From IMG/VR virus record IMGVR_UViG_3300044591_002613: DNA of 64,000 nt. One strand, written 5' to 3'. This stretch comes from a virus. Each line of letters opens with the position of its first letter. Position 1 is the stretch's first letter. The notes beneath the pieces were generated by a model, which searched no databases, was not told where the DNA came from, and was given only the letters and a program-made list of their open reading frames with translations. Positions 29,203-38,789 of the stretch are shown piece after piece. The position numbers and the translations under genes are program-made.

Positions 29203-30941
29203 CTCTCGCCCAATACTTTTGGAATGTTAATCACATGCAACTTCCAACGATCATCGCGCAGCGATTCTTCGAGGCCATTTACACACTCATCTGTAAGGTA
29301 CACGAAATCAACGTTCTTGGATAGGTTGTTCTCTTCGAGCATCTTAGCTAGCAGTTGTGGGGACAATTCCGTACCGCCACCACCCTGCATCTCGATTTGG
29401 GAGAAGTTACTCTTTAAATCGATTTTGTGGTGTTCGGTATCGCAGCAATAAAACGCAGCGAGCTTGTTAGACTTGCTGTAGAACTTTGCCGCAGCAGCAA
29501 TCTGATTGAACCACTGTTTATTCCACATAGAGCCTGATGTGTCGGCAATCATAATAACTTGCTTCTTGGGCTTTTCGATCTTTTGGCGGCCAGGAATATC
29601 TTTAATGTCGTTGAAAATACGGTTGATCTTGGCAAAGTTATAGGTCTTTTCATTGCTTGGTGCAAAGAGTCGAACAAACTTGATATGCAAATGCTCAAGT
29701 AGCTTTTTGATTTTGTTATCAAGTGCGGCAGTAGCATCGCCAAACATGGAATTATCAGCAGCGTTCTTACCGGCTTTATGAGCCATAAGTCGGCCTTCTT
29801 CCTGCGCTTTACGAACAGCTTCGCGCAGGCGACGTTCAGCTTCTTCCTTTTTGTCGCCACTCATACCATGATGATCAAATTCATTATCTTCCATTTGCTT
29901 GAGGATTTCATCAATTTCGTCACCGCTACCACCGCCTTCTCCACCTTCGCCATCTCCTTGCTGTGGATCATTGGCATCGCTGTTTTCGTCAAGCTGTTGA
30001 GCAAGCCATTCGATATACTCGTCAGCGTAGTTCAGCCACTCGCCCTCTCGTCGTAGGGTGGGCTGATAATGTGGCATATTGCGGAAGCTATCTTCGAGTT
30101 TTTCAACAGTACAAAGGCCAATCTGTAGGCGCATACATTCAGCAAGCGCCGCAGCTTGGTTTGAGCTGTGTTTTTTGAGCGCAGTTTCAATTTCTAGTTT
30201 CTTCTTAGGGCCAGCATACTTCAGGACATTTTGAACTTCTTCTTCAAACTTACCTGCGGCAATCTTATCCTTGGCTTGTTCTTCCATCGAAAAGCCGCTC
30301 AGGTATGGAACAAAGCGATCAGCCATAAACTGGTTGATGGTCGTAAGCACTTCTTTTGAATTTGGAAAGGCTTTGACCAAATCCTCGTGCAGAGCGGAGT
30401 CCATGGTGATGTTGGATGCACGATACTTCAGGTTTTTCCACCGATTGTTATCTTTGTTGTCGAGGCTATCAATTTGTTTTTGCCAAATATCTTTGTGTTC
30501 CTGCTCTTTGGCTTCGTCGCGCTTTTTGATATAAACATCACGAATGGGGGACAAGTCAATAAGGTTTTCAATAGCTCGCATGTCAGCGCATTGGATAAGG
30601 TGGCGAAGTTCATGCATGATAATAAAGAATGCAGCGTTTTTGTTCTTTTGGGCCAGCTCCGCCATCAGGGGGTGTATATACATTGTAAGGCGTTCAACGT
30701 TTGTGATGCCCGCAATAGCAGGAAAGTTGGGATCAGTTTTAATTTCAACAGTGCCAAGCAGTGCAAGCGTGAAGTAAAACTCACGACCAGCCGCCCACGC
30801 GCAGAAATCGGCACGCAGGTTCAGGATACGATTGCGATATTCTGCAACTTGTGCATCGGTCAACAAAGGAATTTGTCGTTGAAGTGCATTCTGCAGGAAT
30901 TTAGCTTTCTTGGCTTCGAGGCTTGTATCATGGCTGGCCAT
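29199..30941 (-). CDS. VWA-domain / HExxH metallopeptidase-like protein (DUF2201-like)
   Basis: HELRH, acidic G/E linker, MIDAS DTSGS..GGGT..LTD; RBS AAGGAG before ATG 30941. Confidence 0.75.
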   Translation of the reverse strand: MASHDTSLEAKKAKFLQNALQRQIPLLTDAQVAEYRNRILNLRADFCAWAAGREFYFTLALLGTVEIKTDPNFPAIAGITNVERLTMYIHPLMAELAQKNKNAAFFIIMHELRHLIQCADMRAIENLIDLSPIRDVYIKKRDEAKEQEHKDIWQKQIDSLDNKDNNRWKNLKYRASNITMDSALHEDLVKAFPNSKEVLTTINQFMADRFVPYLSGFSMEEQAKDKIAAGKFEEEVQNVLKYAGPKKKLEIETALKKHSSNQAAALAECMRLQIGLCTVEKLEDSFRNMPHYQPTLRREGEWLNYADEYIEWLAQQLDENSDANDPQQGDGEGGEGGGSGDEIDEILKQMEDNEFDHHGMSGDKKEEAERRLREAVRKAQEEGRLMAHKAGKNAADNSMFGDATAALDNKIKKLLEHLHIKFVRLFAPSNEKTYNFAKINRIFNDIKDIPGRQKIEKPKKQVIMIADTSGSMWNKQWFNQIAAAAKFYSKSNKLAAFYCCDTEHHKIDLKSNFSQIEMQGGGGTELSPQLLAKMLEENNLSKNVDFVYLTDECVNGLEESLRDDRWKLHVINIPKVLGER

Positions 30942-30970
30942 AGCGTTCTCCTTATTGTTATTATCCCACA

Positions 30971-31669
30971 TTACTTATCGGAGCTGCTGGCATCTAACTT
31001 TAGGGTTTTTGCGTCCTTTACTTTTTCTAAAAACCTCGAAATTTTAGTGACGTAATTAGCGGTTTCAGTGTTTATGTTTGTCATTTGTTCAACACGTTTA
31101 AGGTCTTTGGAGAATTGACCAGCATTGTAAGAGATGAGCGCAAGCGTTTTAGAGCCGTTTACGTTCTTTAAAATCTCCTTAAAAGCACATGCAGAGATTG
31201 TTAGGTTAATTTCTGTTAAGTACAAGTCTTCGTCGCTAAAATCACTGGGCAGGCCACATTTTTCTGCATACCATTTAGCCGACTTAGGCATGATCTGGCC
31301 GATACCGATTGCACCTACAGGTGATTTAGCTTTGGGGTTGAACCTACTTTCATTGGCAAGAATTGCTACCCATGTTTCACGTTCGTCGCGACTTTCAAAA
31401 GAATCCATGCCTATACGAACAATTTGCGAACCAAGATAAGCATTCTTAGCTTCGGAGTGTTTTGGTGCTGCAATAGCCATTGCATTACTAACGAATTTGA
31501 TAAACTCTTTTTGCTTGCTGTTTTGTCTGTCGAGTAGTTCGGTATATTGGTTGGCAGCGCATTCACTGCTTTGTGTGAGTTTGTGCTGAGTAACGGGTTT
31601 TGAGCAGCCAACAAGTGCAATAGAAGCAATAACCGAAGATACATACGAAAAACAATTCATTGGAAACAC
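30971..31669 (-). CDS. Lytic transglycosylase (SLT), putative lipoprotein
   Basis: ESRFNPKAKS..GAIGIGQIMP, YNAG, ET.NYV; lipobox LVGC. Confidence 0.85.
   Translation of the reverse strand: MFPMNCFSYVSSVIASIALVGCSKPVTQHKLTQSSECAANQYTELLDRQNSKQKEFIKFVSNAMAIAAPKHSEAKNAYLGSQIVRIGMDSFESRDERETWVAILANESRFNPKAKSPVGAIGIGQIMPKSAKWYAEKCGLPSDFSDEDLYLTEINLTISACAFKEILKNVNGSKTLALISYNAGQFSKDLKRVEQMTNINTETANYVTKISRFLEKVKDAKTLKLDASSSDK
30972..31002 (-). promoter_or_regulatory. Sigma-28-like promoter (16 nt spacer variant)
   Basis: TAAA-GTTAGATGCCAGCAGC-TCCGATAAGTA upstream of the VWA gene. Confidence 0.7.
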
Positions 31670-31684
31670 CTCACGTTATAGTAC

Positions 31685-31716
31685 AAAACTCTCCACCCGT
31701 GTAGCACAGGTGGAGA
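31685..31716 (-). terminator. Intrinsic terminator after MoxR ATPase
   Basis: On the - strand: TCTCCACCTGTG-CTA-CACGGGTGGAGA, a 12 bp stem with one G-U pair, followed by GTTTT. Confidence 0.6.
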
Positions 31717-31737
31717 AAGGGGCGCATCAAACCGTCC

Positions 31738-32844
31738 TTACGAACGGTCTTTCGGAGAAAGTTTGCCGAGTTTCAGTGCATAGAGCTGCCATGGAAGGCC
31801 AGTGTCTTTGATTTCCGCATCGTTCTTGCCGGGGCGATTATCTTTATAAGGCTGGCTATCTTTGTCGAGTGGGAACTCTTCTTGGTCATAACGGAACGCA
31901 AACTTGGCTTCTTGCATGGAGCGGGCAAGTTCAGGCGAACCGTATTGGAGCAGGTAATCAGCAACATGGCGTTCAACTTTTTTGAGCGTGCGCTTGCCTT
32001 CATTGGCTTCGAGTTCATTCTTGAACAAGGAAACGATTTCGATAATCATGCCCTCCTGCTCGCACTGCGCAATTTTCTCGAACGCTTCGGGCGTCACTTT
32101 GCGTGGTAGCTTAAATTCTTGTTGGCGCTTGATCTGTAACAGCGTACTTGCAAGAACATTGCCGGATTCATTGCCGAGGCGACCGCGACAAATCAAAGCC
32201 AGTTCTTCTTCGGTCAGCAACTCGGTTTCCCACAGTTGAACAGCAGCGTCAATTTGGCGTGGGCAGTTTTTCAATTTAAGCTCTGGCACACCCGGCTTGC
32301 CTGCGATCTTTGGATTGAGTTTAAGAGCTTCTTGCGCGAGTTTGCTTTGCATGTTACCAATGATTTGGAATTCATCGGGAGCAAAAACCAAGTGGGTCAA
32401 GCGGTTAATGACCGCATCGGGAAGTTCTTGCACACCGGTATCTTCAGTGTCGAGGTTACCCGCAGCAACCACCAGAACATTGTCGGGAAGCTGAATACCG
32501 TTAAGTTCACGGTCGAGCAAGAGTTGCGTAAGCATATTCAATGTTTGGATGCTATTTGGGCGATTAAGTTCATCAAGGAACAGAACGGTTGGCTCATTGC
32601 TTTTGCAAAGTTCATGGAGCCAGCGAGCAGGCCACAGGTCAACAACACGCTCGTTTTCGTTCTTAACGGGAAGTTGGATTTCAAGTGGGTCGATGAACAC
32701 AGTGCGTTTGTCAACAAGGCGATAGTTATGACGTTTGCAAAAACCTTTCACGGTGGACGATTTGCCGTAGCCGGAAGAACCCCACAAAATCAGCGGCAGC
32801 TTGGTTTTGTGATGAGCAAGAAAAATGTTGTCGAACTGTTGCAT
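31738..32844 (-). CDS. MoxR-like AAA+ ATPase
   Basis: GSSGYGKS, LFLDELNR, VAAGN, DAVINRL, PRQ; VWA partner nearby. Confidence 0.8.
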   Translation of the reverse strand: MQQFDNIFLAHHKTKLPLILWGSSGYGKSSTVKGFCKRHNYRLVDKRTVFIDPLEIQLPVKNENERVVDLWPARWLHELCKSNEPTVLFLDELNRPNSIQTLNMLTQLLLDRELNGIQLPDNVLVVAAGNLDTEDTGVQELPDAVINRLTHLVFAPDEFQIIGNMQSKLAQEALKLNPKIAGKPGVPELKLKNCPRQIDAAVQLWETELLTEEELALICRGRLGNESGNVLASTLLQIKRQQEFKLPRKVTPEAFEKIAQCEQEGMIIEIVSLFKNELEANEGKRTLKKVERHVADYLLQYGSPELARSMQEAKFAFRYDQEEFPLDKDSQPYKDNRPGKNDAEIKDTGLPWQLYALKLGKLSPKDRS

Positions 32845-32882
32845 GATGCGCTCCTAATCCACAGCGTTATTGCTGCTTACTA

Positions 32883-32912
32883 TACTTATCGGAGCTTTGC
32901 GTTCTAACTTAA
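32883..32912 (-). promoter_or_regulatory. Sigma-28-like promoter
   Basis: TTAA-GTTAGAACGCAAAGC-TCCGATAAGTA upstream of the MoxR ATPase. Confidence 0.75.
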
Positions 32913-33005
32913 TGCCTAGTCGAAAACTTTTTTATCATTGTATTTTTTGTTTGTCTTATACAAAAAACAGTCGCACACTAATAGTAGGAAACGGAGTAAC
33001 AGTAA

Positions 33006-33560
33006 ATGAAAGTAATTGCATTCTATGGCGCACCAGGTTCTGGTAAAAGTACTCTTGCAACAGCTTGTTATTCTACGATGGGCTACTTGGGCAAGAATGT
33101 TGGATATTGTTGGGAATTTATTAAAGACCCAGCTCAACGTGCCGAGTATAGACCTACTCCGATTGACCAGCTTTGGATTGCAGGAAATCAGTCACAACTA
33201 TTAGTCAATTGTGTGAAGGCAAAGTATGATGCGGTGTTCTGTGATAGCACGCCAAAACTCTGTGCATGGTTTAGTGAATACTATGGCAAGGGACAATTCA
33301 AGCAATTAGAACACTGCGTTGTTGAATGGGAAAAACAACTGCAAGAACAGTATAATTGCGAAATCGTTGATGTGTTTTTGGATATTGCGCCAGAAGTATA
33401 TGCTGAACGCCACAGAGGTAGTGGTCGTTGGGAAAACTTTGAAGATGCGCTCAAAATGCACAACGAAATGCGAGATTGGTTAAAAGCCAGGAGCAACAAT
33501 TTTGTATCTATTGTTGAAACAACTCCCAATTATGTTCTTCGGAAAGTGGGTTTAATATGA
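33006..33560 (+). CDS. P-loop nucleotide kinase-like (AAA_28/NadR-type)
   Basis: GAPGSGKST, EFIK, DQL.I...Q, CDS.P, GRW. Confidence 0.65.
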   Translation: MKVIAFYGAPGSGKSTLATACYSTMGYLGKNVGYCWEFIKDPAQRAEYRPTPIDQLWIAGNQSQLLVNCVKAKYDAVFCDSTPKLCAWFSEYYGKGQFKQLEHCVVEWEKQLQEQYNCEIVDVFLDIAPEVYAERHRGSGRWENFEDALKMHNEMRDWLKARSNNFVSIVETTPNYVLRKVGLI

Positions 33561-34354
33561 GCGAACTTTTTAGATTATATGAGGACTTTTATGCAGGTGA
33601 AGAAAATCAATCTAAACTTATTGAAGATACTAAGCGATTTGTTAGACGATTCTATAATGTTGTTAACCTTCAAAACCATGCAGCTTATTTTTCAGATATA
33701 TCCGACAACAGATCCAGTTATGGTTTTATCTTATGTCCAGAAAACGAATCGGGTCTGCCTGCTATTAACTTAACAGATGTCGCAAGCGTTTCTAGGCCAA
33801 TTGCGTTATTGACGTTAAAACTCTACCAAATTTTAAACTTGCCAAAGACCAGTCGTGTTTTGTTCAACGTGCAGATGTACAAAGGTGATAGTAAGCCTGT
33901 GGCAAAACATTTTGATGGAGAGTTTTTGGAGTTTTCTGTTGACGGCGAAGAACTAAACATTAAACGTGCAATTAGACCGCAGCAGGTTGCTGTCCTCACT
34001 TTGCTAAATAACACCCTAGAAGGTGGCACAAGAGTACATTATGACACCACAGAAGGTGCAAGCGAGTCGTCTGTAATTAAGGGCAAGGCTGGAGACTTGT
34101 TAGTTTTTGATAACATCAAATGCCACCACAGTGTCGATAAGCTAGAAAGCAATGGCCACAAACGATTAGATGGACTTGTTCGTATGATAATTGGCTGGCG
34201 CAGTATTGAAAGTAATTGTGAATTATACGACAACGGTAAATTCATTGCCGCCGATGCAGAAATAGTTCGTCAAGTTCATGCGGAATGGTTAAAAAATGAA
34301 TGGCCTAAAATGTTTGAAGATTATGTAACACAAACTCAACAGGTGGCGTTTTGA
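33557..34354 (+). CDS. 2OG-Fe(II) oxygenase
   Basis: HFD, GGT, GDLLVFDN...HHSV, R.IIGWR. Confidence 0.7.
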   Translation: MSELFRLYEDFYAGEENQSKLIEDTKRFVRRFYNVVNLQNHAAYFSDISDNRSSYGFILCPENESGLPAINLTDVASVSRPIALLTLKLYQILNLPKTSRVLFNVQMYKGDSKPVAKHFDGEFLEFSVDGEELNIKRAIRPQQVAVLTLLNNTLEGGTRVHYDTTEGASESSVIKGKAGDLLVFDNIKCHHSVDKLESNGHKRLDGLVRMIIGWRSIESNCELYDNGKFIAADAEIVRQVHAEWLKNEWPKMFEDYVTQTQQVAF

Positions 34355-34953
34355 AAACTGTATGTCTGCTTGGCCCCGATGGTTCTGGCAAAGATACTAT
34401 TTTGGATTTGATGATTGGGCAGGCTAAAGAACGTGGCTTGCTTGTTGATGTTGTTTATACAACTAAAGTTATTCATGGCAATGAATACTCCGCGTTGTTG
34501 CGCCAAACTCTTGGTTCTTCGTCTGCGACAAATGCAGAACGATTTAATGCCGCGTGGCATCTTTACAAACTAAATGAATACGAATGGCAAAAGAAAAATG
34601 CTGGCTGTGATTATCTTATTTATTATCGTGGCAATTCTTCATTCTTAACATATAACTTTATTGATGGACTTCCCGAAGGCTATCAAGCATCTATTGTCCC
34701 TAAAACTGACATTGCAATTTATTTAGATGCACCGTTCGATGACCTAACAGAGCGTATTAAGCGTCGTCAGTCTTTTGACTTCCAAGATGTTAATGAACTT
34801 TATCGTCGTAAGGTTTGGGAAGAGGGTAGTTTAGATTTCTTGGACTTTAATAAACAATTCAACATAAAACATTTCATCGCAACAAACAGTAACGATCATG
34901 TTCCATCTAAAGTTGCTCATGATATTTGGGAGGCTATAATCAATGCAACTTGA
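34351..34953 (+). CDS. Thymidylate kinase-like dNMP kinase
   Basis: GPDGSGKDT, YYRG.SS..Y, P..D..IYLDA....RIKRR. Confidence 0.65.
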   Translation: MKTVCLLGPDGSGKDTILDLMIGQAKERGLLVDVVYTTKVIHGNEYSALLRQTLGSSSATNAERFNAAWHLYKLNEYEWQKKNAGCDYLIYYRGNSSFLTYNFIDGLPEGYQASIVPKTDIAIYLDAPFDDLTERIKRRQSFDFQDVNELYRRKVWEEGSLDFLDFNKQFNIKHFIATNSNDHVPSKVAHDIWEAIINAT

Positions 34954-35440
34954 AAATCTTAAAAAGATTGTGGCTTCTAGCCCACAAACACCAGTGCTTG
35001 TCTATGCAAAACCAACATCTAAAGCACCGTTCAAAAAACGACCACAAGATGGAGGTTTTGATTTTCACGTTGACCTTATTGATACGTTTGGCGCAGATAC
35101 ACCAATTGAAATTATTCCACACCAAGTAGTCAAGCTATCTACCGGAACAAGATGCGTATTCCCTGACGAGACTGTATGGATTTGGGATGTACGCTCTAGT
35201 ATGGGGGTACTCGGTTTAGACGTATGTTGCCGAACTATTGATAACAATTACACGGGCGTCTTATCGGTTGTCATTGTGAATAACTCAAGCGAGCCAATCA
35301 CTATTAGGCATCTAGATAGAGTGGCGCAGCTGATTCCTAACCCATTCCATTCTGGATTTTATATTCAAGAAGTTTCCGAGGAACAAATCAAATCCAAGGA
35401 TGATCGCGGTTCTGGTGGATTTGGTAGTTCGGGACGCTAA
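34943..35440 (+). CDS. dut: Trimeric dUTPase
   Basis: Motifs GGFD, RSS, TID.NY.G, DRVAQ, RGSGGFGSSG. Confidence 0.85.
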   Translation: MQLENLKKIVASSPQTPVLVYAKPTSKAPFKKRPQDGGFDFHVDLIDTFGADTPIEIIPHQVVKLSTGTRCVFPDETVWIWDVRSSMGVLGLDVCCRTIDNNYTGVLSVVIVNNSSEPITIRHLDRVAQLIPNPFHSGFYIQEVSEEQIKSKDDRGSGGFGSSGR

Positions 35441-35467
35441 AGTTAGATTGCAAACTTCCGATAAGTA
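35438..35467 (+). promoter_or_regulatory. Sigma-28-like promoter (only + strand copy)
   Basis: TAAA-GTTAGATTGCAAACT-TCCGATAAGTA; the TAA is the dut stop codon. Confidence 0.8.
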
Positions 35468-35489
35468 AATGTAAGCGCGGAGGTTTACG

Positions 35490-35792
35490 ATGATGCATGT
35501 TTATACCATTTTGGAATTTGAGTACGCAGTGTGTTTTGACACCATGCGTGTATTCAAAACCCATAAGATCAAACGTATTGCCCAGGTAATCCCCGTAGAA
35601 TTTGTGGATTATCAATTTCGCGCAGAGCTTCCAACAGAAGTTCTGTTTTATTTGTTGCCGTTGTATGAAAAGTTTTTGTCGTCATTCGACAAACGAGAAG
35701 AAGGTAAGCGATTGGCCAAGTTCTTGAATTATGATCTTAACGATTTGGCAGCAAGAAACTTTAATAGCTTTACTGGAGGAAAGGGAGAATGA
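35490..35792 (+). CDS. Hypothetical protein
   Basis: RBS GGAGG directly downstream of the + strand sigma-28-like promoter. Confidence 0.6.
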   Translation: MMHVYTILEFEYAVCFDTMRVFKTHKIKRIAQVIPVEFVDYQFRAELPTEVLFYLLPLYEKFLSSFDKREEGKRLAKFLNYDLNDLAARNFNSFTGGKGE

Positions 35793-36007
35793 AGTTTATT
35801 TCATTTGTATCTATGTGCGTTATTGCTCAACAAATATGTGGTAATCAGTTGGTTGCAATTAATCAAAACACAAAAGAAATTTATACATGTAATACGGTCA
35901 CACTTGAATGCGACCAAATTTCTTGGTTAACTTTGATGCTTATCCGAAACACAAATTCATGTGATCGACTAAGGCTTGTGGATGAGTTTACCGGAAAGAG
36001 CTGCTAA
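35789..36007 (+). CDS. Small Cys-containing hypothetical protein
   Basis: RBS GGAG; ATGA overlap. Confidence 0.45.
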   Translation: MKFISFVSMCVIAQQICGNQLVAINQNTKEIYTCNTVTLECDQISWLTLMLIRNTNSCDRLRLVDEFTGKSC

Positions 36008-38785
36008 TCACTCTTCCGATGGTTTGTAGCCCATTTCTTCTGCTTTTGAAAAGTGAAACAAAGATTTTGAATAATGTTTAACAGCAGATTCTTTGTCGCC
36101 TTTCATAATAGCTTGTCGCGCCATTTCACGATATTCTTTTCCAAGTCTATTGTGGTGGTTAGCGTCTAGCTTTTCGCCTTTGTATTCTCCGCTTTCCATT
36201 GCTGGAGCAGAAATAGCTTTTTTAACGCAAGAGCCTTTGGAATAAGGTTTCTTACCGGGCACTGGTTCATATCCTTCCCAACATCTTTTTTCTAGCTCAT
36301 CGGCTAATCCAGATGTTTTGAGTTTTGAATAATAATGTGGATCTTCTGTTAAATGATCTAAGGCGATTTCTTCGGCAATTTTAGAGTCTTTCGTATGCTC
36401 TAGTTCTACTTTCATTCCATCGGCAAGTTGCCTAGCTGAAAAGTCGGATCTGCGACTTTCGTCACCTTTTCCGCCTTTGAGCTTATTGCTTTTTACAAAA
36501 GACTTATTTGCAGCATCATAATTTTGTAACAATGCTTTGGCTTTTGCGGCATCTGGGCCATAAAAATTACCCATAGAACTACCGCTTGTAGATTCTCGAG
36601 AGTAGGACGCTGCTGGATGTGAAGGATCAGCTTTTAACTGACCGGGTTCTTTAAGAACAGCTTTAGATCCAGTTTTTGGCGTGTGATACTCGCCCATAAC
36701 ATTTAAGTTAGACATCTGTGAGTGCAAATCAGATTCAGGAGATGCCTGAGCACCACCAGCTAATGCGCTTGCGCCTAGAGCTCCAGCCGTCAACATGCCT
36801 TTTAAAGAAAGCTTTTTTTCTAGGCTTTTATCCGTCGGCTCAACAACATCTGCACCCGACTTTTTTCTTTTATTAGTCAACAAAACTCTAGTAGCTCGCT
36901 CAATCAATGGATGCGAGCGACCGCTCATTAATGCTTCAGTTACTTCTTGTTTTTTGTCGGCAGGAATCAAACTAAAGTCTACAGATTTAATAGGCTGTTT
37001 TCTGTTTAGCTCTGTCAATTTTTTAGATTCAAGCTCTGCCTGGTCTTTGATAGTTCCATGCAAAGCGTTTCCTCTTTGCTGAACCGCTGTATTTGGGCCA
37101 AGACCTTCGGCTTCTAGTCCCACACGACCAAGTTTTCTTCCAAGATTGGCAGTGTTGTCATAAACATTTGTGCCAAATGGCTTTAGATTGTTACTCTTAA
37201 CAACTTTACTAAGGCTTTTAAGAACACGCTGCGCTCTTAGTTCAAGTGGGACGGATTCGCTTTTGTTTAAAGACTTGCTGCAACGCCATCTTTTAAGAGC
37301 TGCACCCTTTGGAGTCAACTTTCCTTTTTTAGACGTTGGGCCTTTAACGCCACTCATTCTTGCGCAGAATGATTTACGACGTTTAGCTGCTTTAGAGCCA
37401 GGTTTTACGTTTTTCTTAGTAACTGGACGTTTAAGATTTGAGCCAGTTTCGCGGTTTAGCTTCTTGCGATAAGAATCGTTTAAGCCCCCACTACGAGCGT
37501 GTTTCTTTTTGCTATATCCGTGAAATGGTTTTTTCTTTTTAGAAGACTTTTCGAGTTCTTGTTCAGATTTATCAAACTCATTATTAGGATTCTGGTCAAC
37601 TCCTTGTAAAAGCCTTTTGACTTGTTGCTTTACTTGTATTTTATTACGTTCATCGTAATCAATAGGAACAGGAGTTGTGTTATTTTGATTTACATTTAAT
37701 CCTTGTTTGCGTTGAATGTAATCTTGTCGTCTTTTTTCAGTTCCTGGCTGAACTACTTTCCGCCTTCCCTCTTCATTCGTAACTATAAAATTTCTTTTTG
37801 TTTTTCCTGGGCCTGCATAGTCACCAAGACGACCCCTGTTGCCCTCATAAGTATTTTGAGGGCCAGTGTATTGACCTGTTGCCTCATATTGGCTCACAAA
37901 ATTAGGGTCGGCTCTCTTTCTACTTCTAAGTTTTAGAGCAGATTCCAAATCTTTTTCTAAGTTCTCTTTTGAACTTTTCATACACTTGATGCAATCTTCA
38001 ACCTTAGCAAGCAAAGACTTTGGATCAGCCAATGCTTCCATAGATTTAGCCGCAGGAAGAGCTGGAGGCTTAATTTCTTGAGCTTGAACTTTTGGTCTGT
38101 CAATTAAATGGCCAGGGATTCTAGGAGGAATATCTTGTGGGCCAACACCATGCCCGACTGTCAATTGTCCACGAGCAGCGTGATAAGCATCAGCGCGGTC
38201 GGCTGGAATCTTTCTCCCACCAGCAATATCCATGATGGTTGAACCGTGTTGACGGCGGAATTCTTTCATTTGGTTACGGAAGTCTAGAGCACCTTTAGCC
38301 TTCTTTTCGTAATCGCCTATTTCATCATCGGCCTTGGCAATACCGTCAACTGTATTGGCAATTCTATCCGGTGTAAATTCACTTCCGTGAATAGACTTTT
38401 CTGCTTTTTGTTTCTTTTTACTAAGCATTTCGCAGCATTCTTTTGCCTTGGCAAGAATGTTTTTATTATGCTTAAGATAGCCAGAAATATCTGATAAATC
38501 GGTTTTGGCTCTGTTTATTTTGCCGTCAACCCAATCTTCAAGTTCTTGTTTACCATCAATCATCGAATTGATTTTTTCGGACATTTCGTTGATTTCTGCC
38601 AAGAACTGTTTGGCCATATCACTGCCATCACCCTCGCCAGCTTTCTCAACTTTTTCTGGCAGCTTGCCGGGTTCATCGTGCGAAACCATTCTTTTTGCTT
38701 CCGCTTGACTGATATCAGCTTTAGTGTCTTTTCCTGCTGCTGCGGCATACATTAATCTACGTTGAGCTTCGCTTTGAAATGGCAT
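36008..38785 (-). CDS. Mosaic multi-domain protein, probable head-internal protein
   Basis: PFQSEAQRR.M, LEDWV..KI, RRKSFCARM..W.C (DUF6321-like), G.KVELEHT...IALDHL.E.P.YY..L (DUF5661-like), CWEGY..C; recurring xxK(S/A). Confidence 0.6.
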   Translation of the reverse strand: MPFQSEAQRRLMYAAAAGKDTKADISQAEAKRMVSHDEPGKLPEKVEKAGEGDGSDMAKQFLAEINEMSEKINSMIDGKQELEDWVDGKINRAKTDLSDISGYLKHNKNILAKAKECCEMLSKKKQKAEKSIHGSEFTPDRIANTVDGIAKADDEIGDYEKKAKGALDFRNQMKEFRRQHGSTIMDIAGGRKIPADRADAYHAARGQLTVGHGVGPQDIPPRIPGHLIDRPKVQAQEIKPPALPAAKSMEALADPKSLLAKVEDCIKCMKSSKENLEKDLESALKLRSRKRADPNFVSQYEATGQYTGPQNTYEGNRGRLGDYAGPGKTKRNFIVTNEEGRRKVVQPGTEKRRQDYIQRKQGLNVNQNNTTPVPIDYDERNKIQVKQQVKRLLQGVDQNPNNEFDKSEQELEKSSKKKKPFHGYSKKKHARSGGLNDSYRKKLNRETGSNLKRPVTKKNVKPGSKAAKRRKSFCARMSGVKGPTSKKGKLTPKGAALKRWRCSKSLNKSESVPLELRAQRVLKSLSKVVKSNNLKPFGTNVYDNTANLGRKLGRVGLEAEGLGPNTAVQQRGNALHGTIKDQAELESKKLTELNRKQPIKSVDFSLIPADKKQEVTEALMSGRSHPLIERATRVLLTNKRKKSGADVVEPTDKSLEKKLSLKGMLTAGALGASALAGGAQASPESDLHSQMSNLNVMGEYHTPKTGSKAVLKEPGQLKADPSHPAASYSRESTSGSSMGNFYGPDAAKAKALLQNYDAANKSFVKSNKLKGGKGDESRRSDFSARQLADGMKVELEHTKDSKIAEEIALDHLTEDPHYYSKLKTSGLADELEKRCWEGYEPVPGKKPYSKGSCVKKAISAPAMESGEYKGEKLDANHHNRLGKEYREMARQAIMKGDKESAVKHYSKSLFHFSKAEEMGYKPSEE

Positions 38786-38789
38786 GAGA

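Noticed and set aside
30387-32907. Long + strand ORFs 30387..31055 and 32236..32907
   Set aside because: Shadow frames opposite the well-supported VWA and MoxR genes.
32951-32979. Sigma-70-like TTGTCT-N17-CACACT upstream of the kinase operon
   Set aside because: Weak -10 match and a single instance; not supportable.
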